A stretch of DNA of 64,000 bases from Styela clava (lineage: Eukaryota), in contig NC_135251.1 in the NCBI RefSeq assembly GCF_964204865.1, forward strand, positions 24,366,001-24,430,000, written 5' to 3'. Below are positions 21,958 to 34,325 of the stretch, in pieces; positions within the stretch are counted from its first letter, which is position 1; the number at the start of each line of letters is the position of its first letter. Both the position numbers and the translations under genes were made by a program. The notes below the pieces were generated by a model that was not told where the DNA came from, made no database searches, and saw only the letters and a list, made by a program, of their open reading frames with translations.

Positions 21958-23680
21958 GGTATTGGTAGCTGAATTTTAGACTTGTCTATCGCAGCTTTTT
22001 CGTAACTACGGTAACTAATATTGCAACTAAGCTAAAGCTCCTACGAAGTCATAATGACAATTAAGTTATATGATTTTTAACCAATTTTTGGAAACAAAAA
22101 TGAAAACTGACAAATAACACGCAAAACTAAGAAAACGGGGCAATGTTTAAAATCAAGCTTAAATATCTGTCTGAGCGGTTAGACAAATTTCAATTGGTGT
22201 GCTCGAGGAAACATTCATTGTCTCGTTTTCGTGGTTTTTGCGAGTTAATTTTTAGTTTTGAGTTGTGTTTCCAACAATAAGTTGTAAATGAAATAACAGA
22301 ATTAAAAATCATGTCTTCTGAAGAGTTTTAGTGTAGTTGAAGTAAATAAAAGTTTCTCCCCAGTCTAAAATTAACTATCAGAACCTTCACGTGGTTGAAT
22401 ATTTTTAATGAAAATAATGGCCTTGTACATGTAAATGTGATTGTAATCGCTGATTTCAAAACACTCTCAAAAGAGCATCAAAAATTTTTCATTTAGCAAA
22501 CTTTTTGTATTTTTATACTTTCAGTGTATTTACATTTACTTATAACGTAATTATGATCTAGAGAAAAGTAGGTAAATATGGACATTTACGCTCTGTAAGA
22601 TCAAAATTACTTGCTGCAATGTGCATTTATTAATTATCTCAGGACAATCAGGATTTAACGGTGTAAAATTACAATTCAATCAGAAATTTTCTACAATTTG
22701 AATGACAAAAACAAAAGCGAGAATATGCAAAACAACCTAATACACAAAGAACAGAAAATTTAAATTCTAAACGATTGCTCTCATCGTGCCATCTGGTATT
22801 AATTGCGTCAAACAGGAAGCGTTGCTTCATGAACATTTCAATGCAAAAATATAACTCAGATGTGGCTTCAAATCTCTTATTTTATTTATATTACAACTGT
22901 TCTTTTTAGATTTAAAGTTATTGTTTATATTTAGGAACGCTATTTTAAAAAGCGAACCCGTGAATTTTGTACCCGCTATATCTTCAAAATATGACATGTT
23001 TTTGCACATCGCTAAAAATTGGATTTTAGTATTTGTCTTGCGGAGAAGTGATCCATACTAAACCCATCTCAATACTTGACACGCAATGTAGGGAGATGGA
23101 TTCTGGAAGTTCATTAACAAACATTTTCAAATAATTGTCTACGTTGAAAATCTAGTATACACACATTTCACTGAATCTCGATACTAATATAAAAATCGGA
23201 ATGTTTTTGTAACTTTACTAATGAAAAATGTGTGGGTTTCGGCATTGTGTATATTTCTTTATGCACGTCTTTTTTTAAATTATCAAATCGGTTGTGAAAT
23301 AGTTTACAGTTAGTAGCCTGAGCCGGAGCGATTGCCAACTTCAGGAAATAAACCAGGAAATAACCGCAAATGGTCTGTTACAAAATTTTGTTCATACAAA
23401 TGAAATCTCTCGAACAATTCATACAGAGTTTTGTGAAGATCAAAGCGTTAAAAAATTGGAATTCAAAAGTAGACCATCTTTGGATATCAAATTATCAGCA
23501 GTGGATCTTTGAATATTTCCGGAAAGCCTTATAATTTACAAACAACAGAACAACTCGAAATTTTGAATAACTGATCATTCGTTTGCATATTGCGCACAAT
23601 CTGTCATGGTCCTATTGCTTATAACAATAATTCGATTTTAATAGAAAGTTCTTAATGAATGCAAAATAGTAGATGGCAGT

Positions 23681-23765
23681 GTATAAATAGAGGAATCCGA
23701 CAACAGCAATCCACTTCGAGAAGATATTGTCTTTACTACACATTGTTTGGAAACATAAACCACAG
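23681..23765 (+). promoter_or_regulatory. TATA box and non-coding exon 1 of peptide gene B
   Basis: gtataaatag plus a leader homologous to gene A; donor cag|gtatga. Confidence 0.7.
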
Positions 23766-23854
23766 GTATGAATCTAATCTAATTCGGTTTAATCTAATAC
23801 TTCGTTCAGAGTATATAGACATTTTTTTTATTTATGTCACAACAGGTTTGCAAC

Positions 23855-24873
23855 ATGAAGCTAGTCATTGCCCTTGTTCTTGTTGCAATTTTTGCATTCG
23901 AGGAGAGTGACGCTCGATACGTGAGTAGAAGAGCCTACAATATTAAAGTTCGACAAGCCGCGTACTGGAGAAGACGTTACATCGCACTCGCTAGAAGTTA
24001 CAATGCACTCGAATCTAAATGCAGAACTGTTAGTTACGGCAAGTACATCAAACTTCTGACGCACTACCGCAGACTGTTGGCGTTCGTGAACCGCATGCGT
24101 GCTGCATCTACCAATATGCACAACGTTCACAGGTAGGACTGTTATAGTAGGCTCAAACAAGCCAATTTTTTCAATATGGGGTATGCATTGTGTATGTGTT
24201 GAAGACAAATAAATACGTACTGATCAAGCAATGTGGTGTCGAATTATCGTTTTTATTTTTTTTATGTGTGTGTGTTACCACCATTGGAGTTATTGAGCAA
24301 CCTCGCCTATTATTCGCTGCATCAAAAAATCTCGTTAGCCTACTTCAAGATTCCATATTTATGGGCCAGTTTATACCAATGAATATAGTTGGTGAAATAT
24401 CTTAGTAAATAATAGTTTTATTATGTGGTGAAATTTCTCAAATTTTTCAATATAACCATGGCACATATGACTTTTTTAACAGCCGTATTGCCCGTGGAGA
24501 TGAAGACATGCCAGAAATGGAGCCTGTCGAGGTATAAATAAATTATACATTCATTTACAAAATGTATTTAATCAAATATAATATTTTTTACTATACAAAA
24601 ACAGCACGGATTAGTTTAAACTATAATAAATCACAGTACATAAGTGAACGCTAATTTATATCCATACAGGACTCAGAAGACGTGAATGAACTCCTGGATT
24701 TGCTTCCTGAATTCAACGAAGACGCCGAAGACCTCCCTGCCTTGAGTAAGACAGAAAAGATTTTTGGATTTTTTTTTATTCTCGTATCTCCTTTTACCCC
24801 CGTTTATTTGTTTCTTTTACTTTTAGCCGAAGAAGTTGAACAAGATGAAGAAATGGAGAAATCCGAAGACTAA
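23855..24873 (+). CDS. Secreted cationic/anionic peptide precursor B, 149 aa, paralog of A. Exons 23855-24132, 24483-24531, 24670-24745, 24827-24873
   Basis: Identical 20-aa signal peptide, cationic segment RYVSRRAYN...VHSRIARG, acidic tail, and the same exon lengths as gene A (278/49/76/47). Confidence 0.88.
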
Positions 24874-25391
24874 ACGATTTTTCCAGTCAAGAACAGATCA
24901 CAGAAAATTTGCAATCGGAAGTCCAATACTTTTATGTTGCTTATTTGTTTATTGTCAAATTATTGCAAAAAAAAAAGCAGATCCATCTTTTGATGAAGTT
25001 TATCATATAACCATGATCGAATTCAAATAAAATTGATTATTTGATGGAATTCTCTGTTTCTTATCAATGTCTTAATAGGGTCAGGAGGAATAGGATTTCG
25101 TGCCAATGTAATACAACGCCATGGAAACTACTGAGTGGATTCCTTCGCGACATGATATTTTAGATTACCAAACAGATCTCGTCAGGTGCTTCGTTCTGGT
25201 AATATTAGGCAACTTAGAAACATTTGGGAGGCAACATCAGGGTGTTGTAAATGTGAAAAACAGGGCTGCCGAAAGTTCGAGCTGTCCGCGCGATGAATTT
25301 TTGCAGTTTACCACAGGCCTACAAGGATGACGAGCTCAAAAAAGTGCTTCGTTCAAATCTGTTTGCGCTACATTTCGAAATCATTTGTATA

Positions 25392-26220
25392 ATATCGTCA
25401 CGCTAATAACCGAATTGCGTAAGTCATTTTTGGCGATTTTGAGTTTTTTATAAAATAGGTATTTATGTAATGCTGCGCACCTGTCTGTTAACTCAGATTT
25501 TATTTTAAGAATTCCGAAACCCATAAAAATGGAGATTTAGTATGACATGCACATTTGTGCAATTGTTTCGTCATAATGAATTATCATTATTACCGCAGGA
25601 CTATTGTGACGTCACAAAGGCAAAATAACCTCGGCGAAGTATTTTCGAGTTTTTGCATCTCGGATTTTAGCTTAGCGCGTATTAATTTAAATTTACACTA
25701 CAGTATAGGAGGACGTGCACTTGTGATATTCACTGTCCGAGTCCAATTCACCTTGGTTGGCTTTTATATTGGGTGCATTGCTGTTTTATTCTTTATATTT
25801 AATCTTAGTCTTATTTCGGTGGGTGTGCAGAACGTGTTATATCGATGAAATATATATTTTTAAACTTAAAAATAATGTAATTGAAACTGATTAGCTATTT
25901 TCTGGATTAGACATTGTAGATACTGAGAATTACATTCGTTTTTGGAATGTTTAGTTTTCAGGACTGGTGCATATAGTAAAGTTGCAAAATTGCGTATGTC
26001 CCCAAGTCATAGACACATTTCTGCCTAAGTCACAGTGCGCCATTATGACGTCACTCAACTGCGTCATACAAATTAACTTAAATCCGGCTACGATCAAAAA
26101 ATTGAACCATGGCAAATTATTGACTCTCAATGGCATAACAATATCATTAGACAGTTTTTTACGTTTTTCTCAAAATTGCTAAAAATGACTTACGCAATTC
26201 GGTTATTAGCGTGACGATAT
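25392..26220. mobile_element. Non-autonomous DNA transposon with ~50-bp TIRs
   Basis: atatcgtcacgctaataaccgaattgcgtaagtcattttt and its reverse complement ending at 26220. TA/AT at the junctions; superfamily not determined. Confidence 0.85.
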
Positions 26221-29118
26221 GTTATTCAATTTTCATGAATAATCAAAAATATTGTCATTTACGATCATCTCAGCAGTGATACAGAAAAATTTGTATTGCT
26301 GACTGAGTTTCCTGACATGACAATTTGCTGTACAGCTCTAGATAATCATCATTATCGTACAATTTATTTACAAAAGGTGGAGATACAAATATATTCAGAT
26401 AGGAACTGGTGGCAAAAAATATATATATATATAAATATATAGGAGTCTACGAAACAAACTTTTCCGCAGCTACAGTATAAACTGCTGTGGCACCCATAGA
26501 ACGATGTCGATAACGTCATGTAAGATGAAGTAGCACTAAACATCGGGTAGGAAGTCGCGTTGGTCAAATGATTTTAGCATGTATAGGATTGATCACGACA
26601 GAGACCGAAGACGCTTTAACAAAAAAAGCTTGCCACATAGAAGAGGAAATACAAAACCCATCAACCGAAACATCAAAAGAATAGGTCATTTAAATAATCC
26701 ATGTATATATATAGATGTTTTTATCAGGCGGCTATTTGATCGCACAAAGGCAAAATATATAAATGTTGAGCGTGTAGTTATTGGTTTGGGCAATTGCATA
26801 TTTCTATTCATTTAATTTCATTATTTTACATTTATTTAGTTTTCAAATTTATTTGTATTGTTGATCTCATTTTCTCTCGGTTGTTTTTATCATGCACTTA
26901 CTAGCATTTCTGGTTTGCTTTTGCTTTTGTAGTTAGGCCTACGATCCATTCTGATAGTATTTATTTCTGATACACTTGTATAACACAGGAACTTTCCAAT
27001 AGGTGGTACAACATTAAAACTTTTGTTTTAGTCTTAACTGGAAAATGGCATCCGGTGTGGATTGTTCATTGCAAGTCAGCTACGACCAGTGATTTCCCTA
27101 CACCCCCCCTATAGGGGGTGAACACCCCCCTAAAATTTCAAACACCCCCCCTAATTTTGAGGTGCGATTCCACACTGAGGGGTTCTAAACCGCAGTTTGC
27201 GGGCCAATTACGGCCCGCGTGACGATTTAAAATGGCCCGCCGAACTTGAGTGAAATAGTTTAACCCTTCATGTGATACCTTTTGAGTTTTAGATACCGTC
27301 TATTGTTACATCATTATCACAGTTTAAGCACGTTTATTTCGTAACAATTGAATTATTCCGGTATCTTATGTATAGGTATGGGTATTATGATTACACACTG
27401 CAGTATTTTAGATGTCAGCCATATATTAAGAAGTCAGATGTCACAAAACGAAAACTAGGAACTGAAAACAGACGTTTTTTAGATGAATGACAGCGTTTTT
27501 ATTTCTTTATTGAAAAGAATCAAACTTCAGCGATTTGTCTCCTTACAAAATATTTCAGTTCTGAAGGAACACAACATTATGATCAGTTGACGAGCGTATT
27601 TCAAAATTTAATTCATACAAAAGTCAAACAAACATGTTCAAAAAAACTAGAAATGTGTAACAAAACAAGCCATAAGTAGCCATTCATACAATGTCAGATG
27701 AGCAAGTAACTTCATTAGTCACTATCAGTTGCAAATTACTTGTTGAAACGTAGTAGTATATATGTACGGTTGAAAGCCGTGCTTGTTATCTATTCCCCGA
27801 GAATTCTATCAGCTAAATAATATAATTATTGATTTATATGCTAGGCTATTTTGGGCCTATTTCTCAAAATTTTCTCAGGGCGCTTAAGCGCGCCCTGAAC
27901 CCCAGCCGTGCCGTCCCGCACTTTTCCTCGCTCCCCTTTTCTGGCCCTACAATTTCATTCTGCTCTGGATTTTGGCTCGCCGTCAATCAACTTGGGGCCC
28001 CCCCATGTACATCGTTTCTTAAATACATACCATTTTTTAAGAATACAAATAGCCTAGTTTTATCTCTAATAGCAAATTATTTACCCCCCCCCCTAAATTT
28101 TGAAACACCCCCCCTAAAGAGAAAAGCTGGGGAACATACTGGCATATTCGGCAAGTTTGAGTGGAAATCCTATATCTGTGTATGGGAACACCGACCACAG
28201 AGATTATCAAATCAGCTTCAGCTTTCCTCAGTCAATTTGACAACGGATGAATTTAGAGCAGGGGTCGGCAAACTTTTGTCGCTCGCAGGCCAAATTTAAG
28301 GGTTGTAAGTCATTGGCGGGACGCATATATTTTTTGGAAAGTTGAAAACCGAACGGATGATACTTTTTATAATAAAAATCAAGCAGTGATACATCTCTCA
28401 AAAAGAATATAAATTTATTTCCCCATTGCATTGCATCTCAAAGAAATTCCATTTGAATATTTTTGGCACCATTGAACCCTTTGCACTTAGCATCAACTTT
28501 TCCGCGTTTTGTTACCATTTGTTTAATTATAATTAAATTATAGGTTCATTAAACGAGTAGTTGTGAATTTCATACTTGTTAGATTATAATATAATTTAGT
28601 CTACACTTGTCTCACAATGAATCCTGATACGTAAAGAATATAATCGTCAAAACAGCTGCTTTGCTATATTTTACTGACCATTAGTCGCAGCGTCAGTTAA
28701 TAGCTCATATTGGGGTTTTGTCCACACATGAGAGGCAACGGTTTTTGAAGTTTCGGGTTACGGTACAGAGCTCATTAAAAAAATAAACATGATATTTTTT
28801 ATTTCATTTTATTCAAAGAAAACGCAAAACAGTGGTACCGCCACCTGCACTGGTTATAATTCGCACAATTGGTTTTAGTTAAAACGGAGAGAGTGCGCCT
28901 TATAGTTCGTAAAATAATACAGAATGATAACCCTGCCAGTTCATTATTTCTACCTCTGAGTGTCGGAGGTATATTTAATACAAGCAAATATTTTCAGTCA
29001 TTAAGGAAAAATAGCACATCCAATCACGGATGCCATTCACTATTGATATGCTCCAGTACATAGTCATAGTGTAATAAATAAGTAATAAAATATGAAATTA
29101 ATTAAAGCATCTGCAGGA

Positions 29119-30978
29119 TCAATGTGTTGATTTCATAGCTATAAGATTTTTAGTCATGTCAAAACTGTTGCTGTCTGGCTGAAGACTAATTCTTTTGCCA
29201 TCATGGAGATCGGCACATAAAAACCCACTGCTGTCAATCCCAACTATCACACCTTTAGTAAAAACTTTGTTGCTTGGGTGAGAAATTTGAATTTCTTGAT
29301 TGCTGTGTATCCAGTATTTGTAATATAATTTTAGGAATTCGTCTGCCCCATTTACCTGATAAGAGTTTATCATATCCTCTAAACATGACAATGTTCGTGC
29401 TAAAACTTCTTCGCATGTTAAAGGTGAATATGGAATATTTGCTATTCTTATAGCATCATTGATACACTTGGTTGGAAAATCATTGCTGACATTAACTCCA
29501 CAACCGATCGTCGTAATCAGATTGTTATTGAACATCGTAGACTTGACCAAAACACCACCAATTTTAATGTCTCTTCCAATGTAAATATCATTTGGCCATT
29601 TTACCCGTAGATCTAAATTGACCAGCTCAGGAATTGAACGTAACGCGTGAACAACAGATACAGTTGTCAAATGTTGCAAAACAGACATACGTTGACCCAA
29701 ATTTGACCATTTAGATACTGACAATACATGGGAAAACATGGCCGTACCAATTGGACTTAACCACTTATTACCACCCCTCCCTTTACCTTGAGTTTGCTGT
29801 TTAGAAATACAAGTCACAGTAATGTCATTTTTATGTAACATCTTCCCTGTAAAAGGTTCTACAATGTCCATTGTAGAAGTGACAACATCTGAGTAAATAA
29901 TGGTTTTTGCAAATCTTTTTGTTTTCAAATTCTGTTGGAATTTTATCCAATCAAAATTTATTGAATTTGATGCCGATTCAGGATTCGGACAATGAAGGAC
30001 AGGTACGAATGGGTTTGTGGTATTACTTGATACCAATGACTGCATCAATTCACTCGTAAAACCTTGGACTTGCATAAATTTTAGGCTTGTTGAAGTGCCT
30101 TTCAAGACACATGATTCAGGATGGACAATATCCAAGTCTTTAAAAAATGCAGACAGTTCATCAGGATTTTCACTCAGGATAACACACGGTGTCTCTTTTG
30201 GAATTGACATGTTCAATTCAGACATAGTTGCAATATCCAACTCCCGGAAAAAGTAATTCAACAAAACTTTGCTATTTTCATCCACTGAGCAATCTTGACA
30301 ACAATGCTTGCCTGAGTCACAGCATGTCAACAAAGGCAGCGAGCAATGCAATATTTTCCCACCATTTCGAACTGATATTATTGCAACAGGATCCAGTTGG
30401 GAATCATTAAATTTTGAAGATAATACAACACTGTTTGACGCTGATTGAAAACTATCAGAGGATTGAAACACTCGCCCGCAGAATTCTAAAACGGGAGCTT
30501 CAGAAAATGGTTTGTTAAATTTATCTATGAAACAGCATTTATCAACAGGTTCTATGTCGCGAGTTTGGAATTTAAAATATTTTGCAACTTCCGAAGAAAA
30601 GCTAAGAATCTTTCCATGTAAAGAAAGGTACTTTTCGAGCAAAACAATTTCAGATTCATCCAGGTCAACATTTTTACTTGCTGTACTTGGTACAACTAAC
30701 AGTTGGCAATTGTCCATCCATGGAGCACTGGCAGCCTCTTCATATCGTAAACGATAAACAGCAAACTTATCTAACGGGAGGCATCTTTCTACAGCAACTG
30801 TAAGACAATCTTTTGGACAGTTTTGAATAGATTTTGGTTGGTATACCAGAATATTCGGAGGTTTCATTACTGAGCCTTTAGAATTATTAGCATTGATATT
30901 TAAAATTGGCTTGATATAACTCTGGTGTGCTTGAATACGTCTAAGCATTAAGATAGGATCAACAATTAAATTTGCCAT
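29119..30978 (-). CDS. HLCS: Biotin--protein ligase / holocarboxylase synthetase, single exon, 619 aa
   Basis: KPPNILVY N-terminal domain; biotin-ligase motifs STMD, QTQGKGRGGNKWLSP, KWPNDIY, KIGGVL, IGCGVNV; C-terminal LQPDSNSFDM..NLI. Confidence 0.95.
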   Translation of the reverse strand: MANLIVDPILMLRRIQAHQSYIKPILNINANNSKGSVMKPPNILVYQPKSIQNCPKDCLTVAVERCLPLDKFAVYRLRYEEAASAPWMDNCQLLVVPSTASKNVDLDESEIVLLEKYLSLHGKILSFSSEVAKYFKFQTRDIEPVDKCCFIDKFNKPFSEAPVLEFCGRVFQSSDSFQSASNSVVLSSKFNDSQLDPVAIISVRNGGKILHCSLPLLTCCDSGKHCCQDCSVDENSKVLLNYFFRELDIATMSELNMSIPKETPCVILSENPDELSAFFKDLDIVHPESCVLKGTSTSLKFMQVQGFTSELMQSLVSSNTTNPFVPVLHCPNPESASNSINFDWIKFQQNLKTKRFAKTIIYSDVVTSTMDIVEPFTGKMLHKNDITVTCISKQQTQGKGRGGNKWLSPIGTAMFSHVLSVSKWSNLGQRMSVLQHLTTVSVVHALRSIPELVNLDLRVKWPNDIYIGRDIKIGGVLVKSTMFNNNLITTIGCGVNVSNDFPTKCINDAIRIANIPYSPLTCEEVLARTLSCLEDMINSYQVNGADEFLKLYYKYWIHSNQEIQISHPSNKVFTKGVIVGIDSSGFLCADLHDGKRISLQPDSNSFDMTKNLIAMKSTH

Positions 30979-30993
30979 GTAAATTCAAGAATA

Positions 30994-31230
30994 TCATATG
31001 CTTGCTTTGTGAGTTGCAGAATGATTTGTTTTAATAAGTTTCTCTTTTTCTTTTTTGCAAGACTCTAAGATGTGCTCTTTATCAGTTAAAAAAAACAAGT
31101 TGCTGTTTTCTTGTTTTTTAAAAACCTTTCCAGTATTTTTCATGCTTTGAATTTCTCCCACCAATATATCCAAGCCATGTAAACGTTGCCGAGTCTCTAT
31201 GTCACCAGATACTTTAATTTCAGTAGACAT
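30994..31230 (-). CDS. ASDURF: ASDURF-like prefoldin-beta-type microprotein, 78 aa
   Basis: LVGEIQSMKNTGKVFKKQENSNLFFLTDK resembles the human ASDURF core as I recall it ([29 protein letters not shown]). Layout is helix, beta-hairpin, helix. A splice acceptor tttag|g lies upstream at 31256. Confidence 0.8.
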   Translation of the reverse strand: MSTEIKVSGDIETRQRLHGLDILVGEIQSMKNTGKVFKKQENSNLFFLTDKEHILESCKKEKEKLIKTNHSATHKASI

Positions 31231-32226
31231 TTATAATATAGCTGCAGAGTTGACACCTAAAACACAGGTATGAATAAACATCAGAACATGGTAAGCCATC
31301 GCTTTTTTATTTCAGGTTGCTGGTCCAGCCAGGTTTTGTATTTGAACAGAAGAACCGTCATTAAGTGTGGGAAGCTTTGATGAGGCTAATCTATGCAATA
31401 ATTTATTTACGGCTCTGAGCATTGCAGGATTGTTTTTTTAGAGCAATGACTTTGTTCAATTGATTGAATATTGTAACTAGCTCTGACCATCTTTTCTACC
31501 ACGTTGACTACCGGTGGTGACTCATGGGAGACAGTCCCATTGTTGCATCGTAATTCACCAGATATTCCTAAAGTTTTTGATTTTTTCTAGCATCACCGTA
31601 ACCTTTACACGTCCTTTACACAACCTGGACTGCAGCTGAGCCGTAACACTCTGTTAGAGCTGGAGTCAAGTTTATCATATCCAATGAAGCCGGACCTGGC
31701 ACAAATTATGGTGGCTTCCTTTTCTAACCATTGCATTATATTTCACATTAATAATTTTCCAATATTTGCTAATAAACTATTTTAAATCCAACATCATTGC
31801 TTTCAGCAAAATTTTTCTTGCCCTTTTTTGGAAGAGCGCATAAAAACTGAATTTGAATAAATTATTAATGATTGGTAAATGCGCTTACCAAAAAAAAATC
31901 AACGTGCGTAATGAGTTACGTAGATTTATCGTATTTTCCTCATTTAACAACAATAAATACCGCTGCATCGTGGTAGACTCATGGACCTTTCCCCGATCTT
32001 TGACCCCCGCAAAATTCTTTACCATTGCAAAATTGTCGGGGCTATTTTAAGAGTGCTTTTGCGAGTTGGCGCCTGTAAAATGGGGTATGTGTTTCAAACC
32101 ATCATTATGATTCATCGCATACAACAATCTGTACCGGTACAGGTAAAGAATTTTAGCCTAGTCTGTCTATCACAGCTATTCCTACACTAATTTTTTATTA
32201 CTGCAATTAAATTAGACCTCCTAAGA

Positions 32227-33118
32227 CAGTGGTTCTTAAAGTATGGGTCGCGACCCAAACATGGGTCGCGGAAGGTTTAAAAATGGGTCGCGACAAGGTC
32301 GTCACTGCAAGGGCAATCTAAGAGGAGAAGGAAGAATTTTCAGCTTTCCCAATGTTTCAATTTAGCTTCTAAACTCTGGTATTTAAAAATAATGAAATAT
32401 AAAATTTCATTCACGGAAAGAACTGTCTTGAGCTCATTGTTACATCACAATTCTGATATGCCAGTCACGTGTATTATTTTTATGGTATCGGTAACCATGC
32501 ACGTCGCTTGTCGTTGTGTTGACCGCGTGGAATGTCGTCTTAGTGGATTAAAATAACCAAAAATGGGTGTCTTTTTGGTAATGTAAATTGTAATAGACGA
32601 CGCAATGAAAAAGCTCGCTTCTCGACATTAGATTATTCAATATCTAGAGAAAATGTGACTTCATCTCGAGGCACCATTTACCGCGAACGAAGCAGTGTGT
32701 GCGCATTTGATGAGTAAAAAGTTGTATATTGCGAGAGATACCGAAGGCCAGCTAGGATGTCGTGCTTGCGACGGACAGCGGACGCCTTTTCTGCTACAAT
32801 TCGCGACAAGGCACTTGTGCGAGCGAGGATATTTGGCACTGACGGTTATCAAAACTAAGCTCGCAATCGCCTCGATACCCGTGACAACTAGCGTATTGCG
32901 TTGGGTAAAATAGAGCTGTGTATTGAAGATATAATGAAAAGGAAATTTCAGTTTCATCAATCTCACTGAGTCAATGGGCTGTTTCTAATAAATAGTTGTC
33001 TGTATTTGAGTCAAACTGTACTAACATTAAAAACACATTTTGCGTTATTTAGGATTGGGTCGCGAGTATTCATAAAACTCAGATTTGGGTCGCGCTCGAA
33101 AAAGTTTAAGAACCATTG
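32227..33118. mobile_element. Non-autonomous hAT (Charlie-like) element
   Basis: TIR cagtggttcttaaa...tttaagaaccattg; TSD tcctaaga/tcctagga; GGGTCGCG subterminal repeats. Confidence 0.85.
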
Positions 33119-34325
33119 TCCTAGGAAGACAGAGTGATCATTGAATTATCTGATTTATATTTAAGTTTCCGCATCACAACTGAAAACTAACCAATACAGT
33201 TCAAAAATTCGAAAACGAGGTAATGTTTACGACCGCGCCTGAAAATCTGTCTAAGTGAGAAAAGTGTCTGAGCGGATGCGAAAAGGGCAAGTGCAGTTTC
33301 AAGTATTTTGTGGCGTCTGCAGCTGCCGCAAAACCATGGCGGTATTTCCATACCATGGCCGCTACGGCCGAACCTACGGCGACTGACTTTTTAGCTGCCA
33401 CAAACCAATGACGAGCTGCCGTTACCGCGGCAGCAAATTGAAAACCCAATGGCAGGTAAAATATTGCTGCCGTAACCACGGCAGGTGGGCCGTAAAGACA
33501 GGGCTGTCCCTTATGGTGACAAATATTGGGTAAGTTGGAACGATTTTCTTATGGATACAGTTTTGACGGATTTGGGGGGGTTACGGTTAGGCTTTAAGTA
33601 GATATAATTCCGCATGATCAATTAAAATCTGGTACATTAATTTGTGAATATACCGTCAATACTGATTACTAAATACTGAAAAGCGCTATAAAACCTATGG
33701 CAAGAGCTGCCGCGGTTTATTCGTGGCAGGAGCTGCCATGAAGTGGTAAGAACTGCGCCTCGAAAAGGGAGCATTGTTACGTCACTTTTCGCAACTTGGT
33801 GATTAGCCAATGTCACGAAGTAAATAAGGAAGTCGATGCTCGGGGAAAGGTCCATTGGACAGACTGGCCTTTTAGGCAGGAGAGATATATGGTAAGAATG
33901 ACCGGACACTCGAAGAACGGATGTGACATCACAGTGTAAAAACATCTTATCCTTTTTAAGTGATCCGAATTTCAAAGCAGCTGTCTTGTGAAAATTGCGG
34001 TCCAATCAGAACAAAAACCACGATGATCAAGAAACTTTCCTGGAAGCCATCACCCTTATATCGAGACCCTTCGTCACTTTCGTTAAAATACTACGAATTT
34101 AGGTCCAATTGGCAATGAGATAAACAAACATGGATGAAAAATAAGAGGATTAATCCGATACTTGTCTTGGCCCTACATATATGTTTGGCTGTGGATAATT
34201 AAAGATATAAGTTTTCTTAAAACGAAATCAGCAGTATGTTATGGCTATCATTGAACACAACACTTCCCACAGCAAATCCCTACTAAATGGTCATCAATAG
34301 AAAACACCTAAATCTTCAATTTTCA

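Noticed and set aside
23861-24208. Antisense ORFs over the peptide genes and over other CDSs (for example 30017-30757, 37205-38659)
   Set aside because: Shadow frames of real coding exons with no independent support.
27829-28299. 156-aa ORF
   Set aside because: No recognisable domain, non-ATG start, and it overlaps degenerate hAT-like repeat ends with C-runs (~27087-28141); probably spurious.
30979-30996. Stop-codon readthrough fusing the ASDURF-like ORF to HLCS (they are in the same frame)
   Set aside because: The spacer reads TGA tat tct TGA att tac ATG, so two stops would need to be read through, and I saw no SECIS or readthrough motif.
31345-31365. Second SECIS on the minus strand (ATGAC...AAA)
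   Set aside because: The 3' side lacks the GA of the non-Watson-Crick quartet, and there is no upstream Sec-containing ORF.
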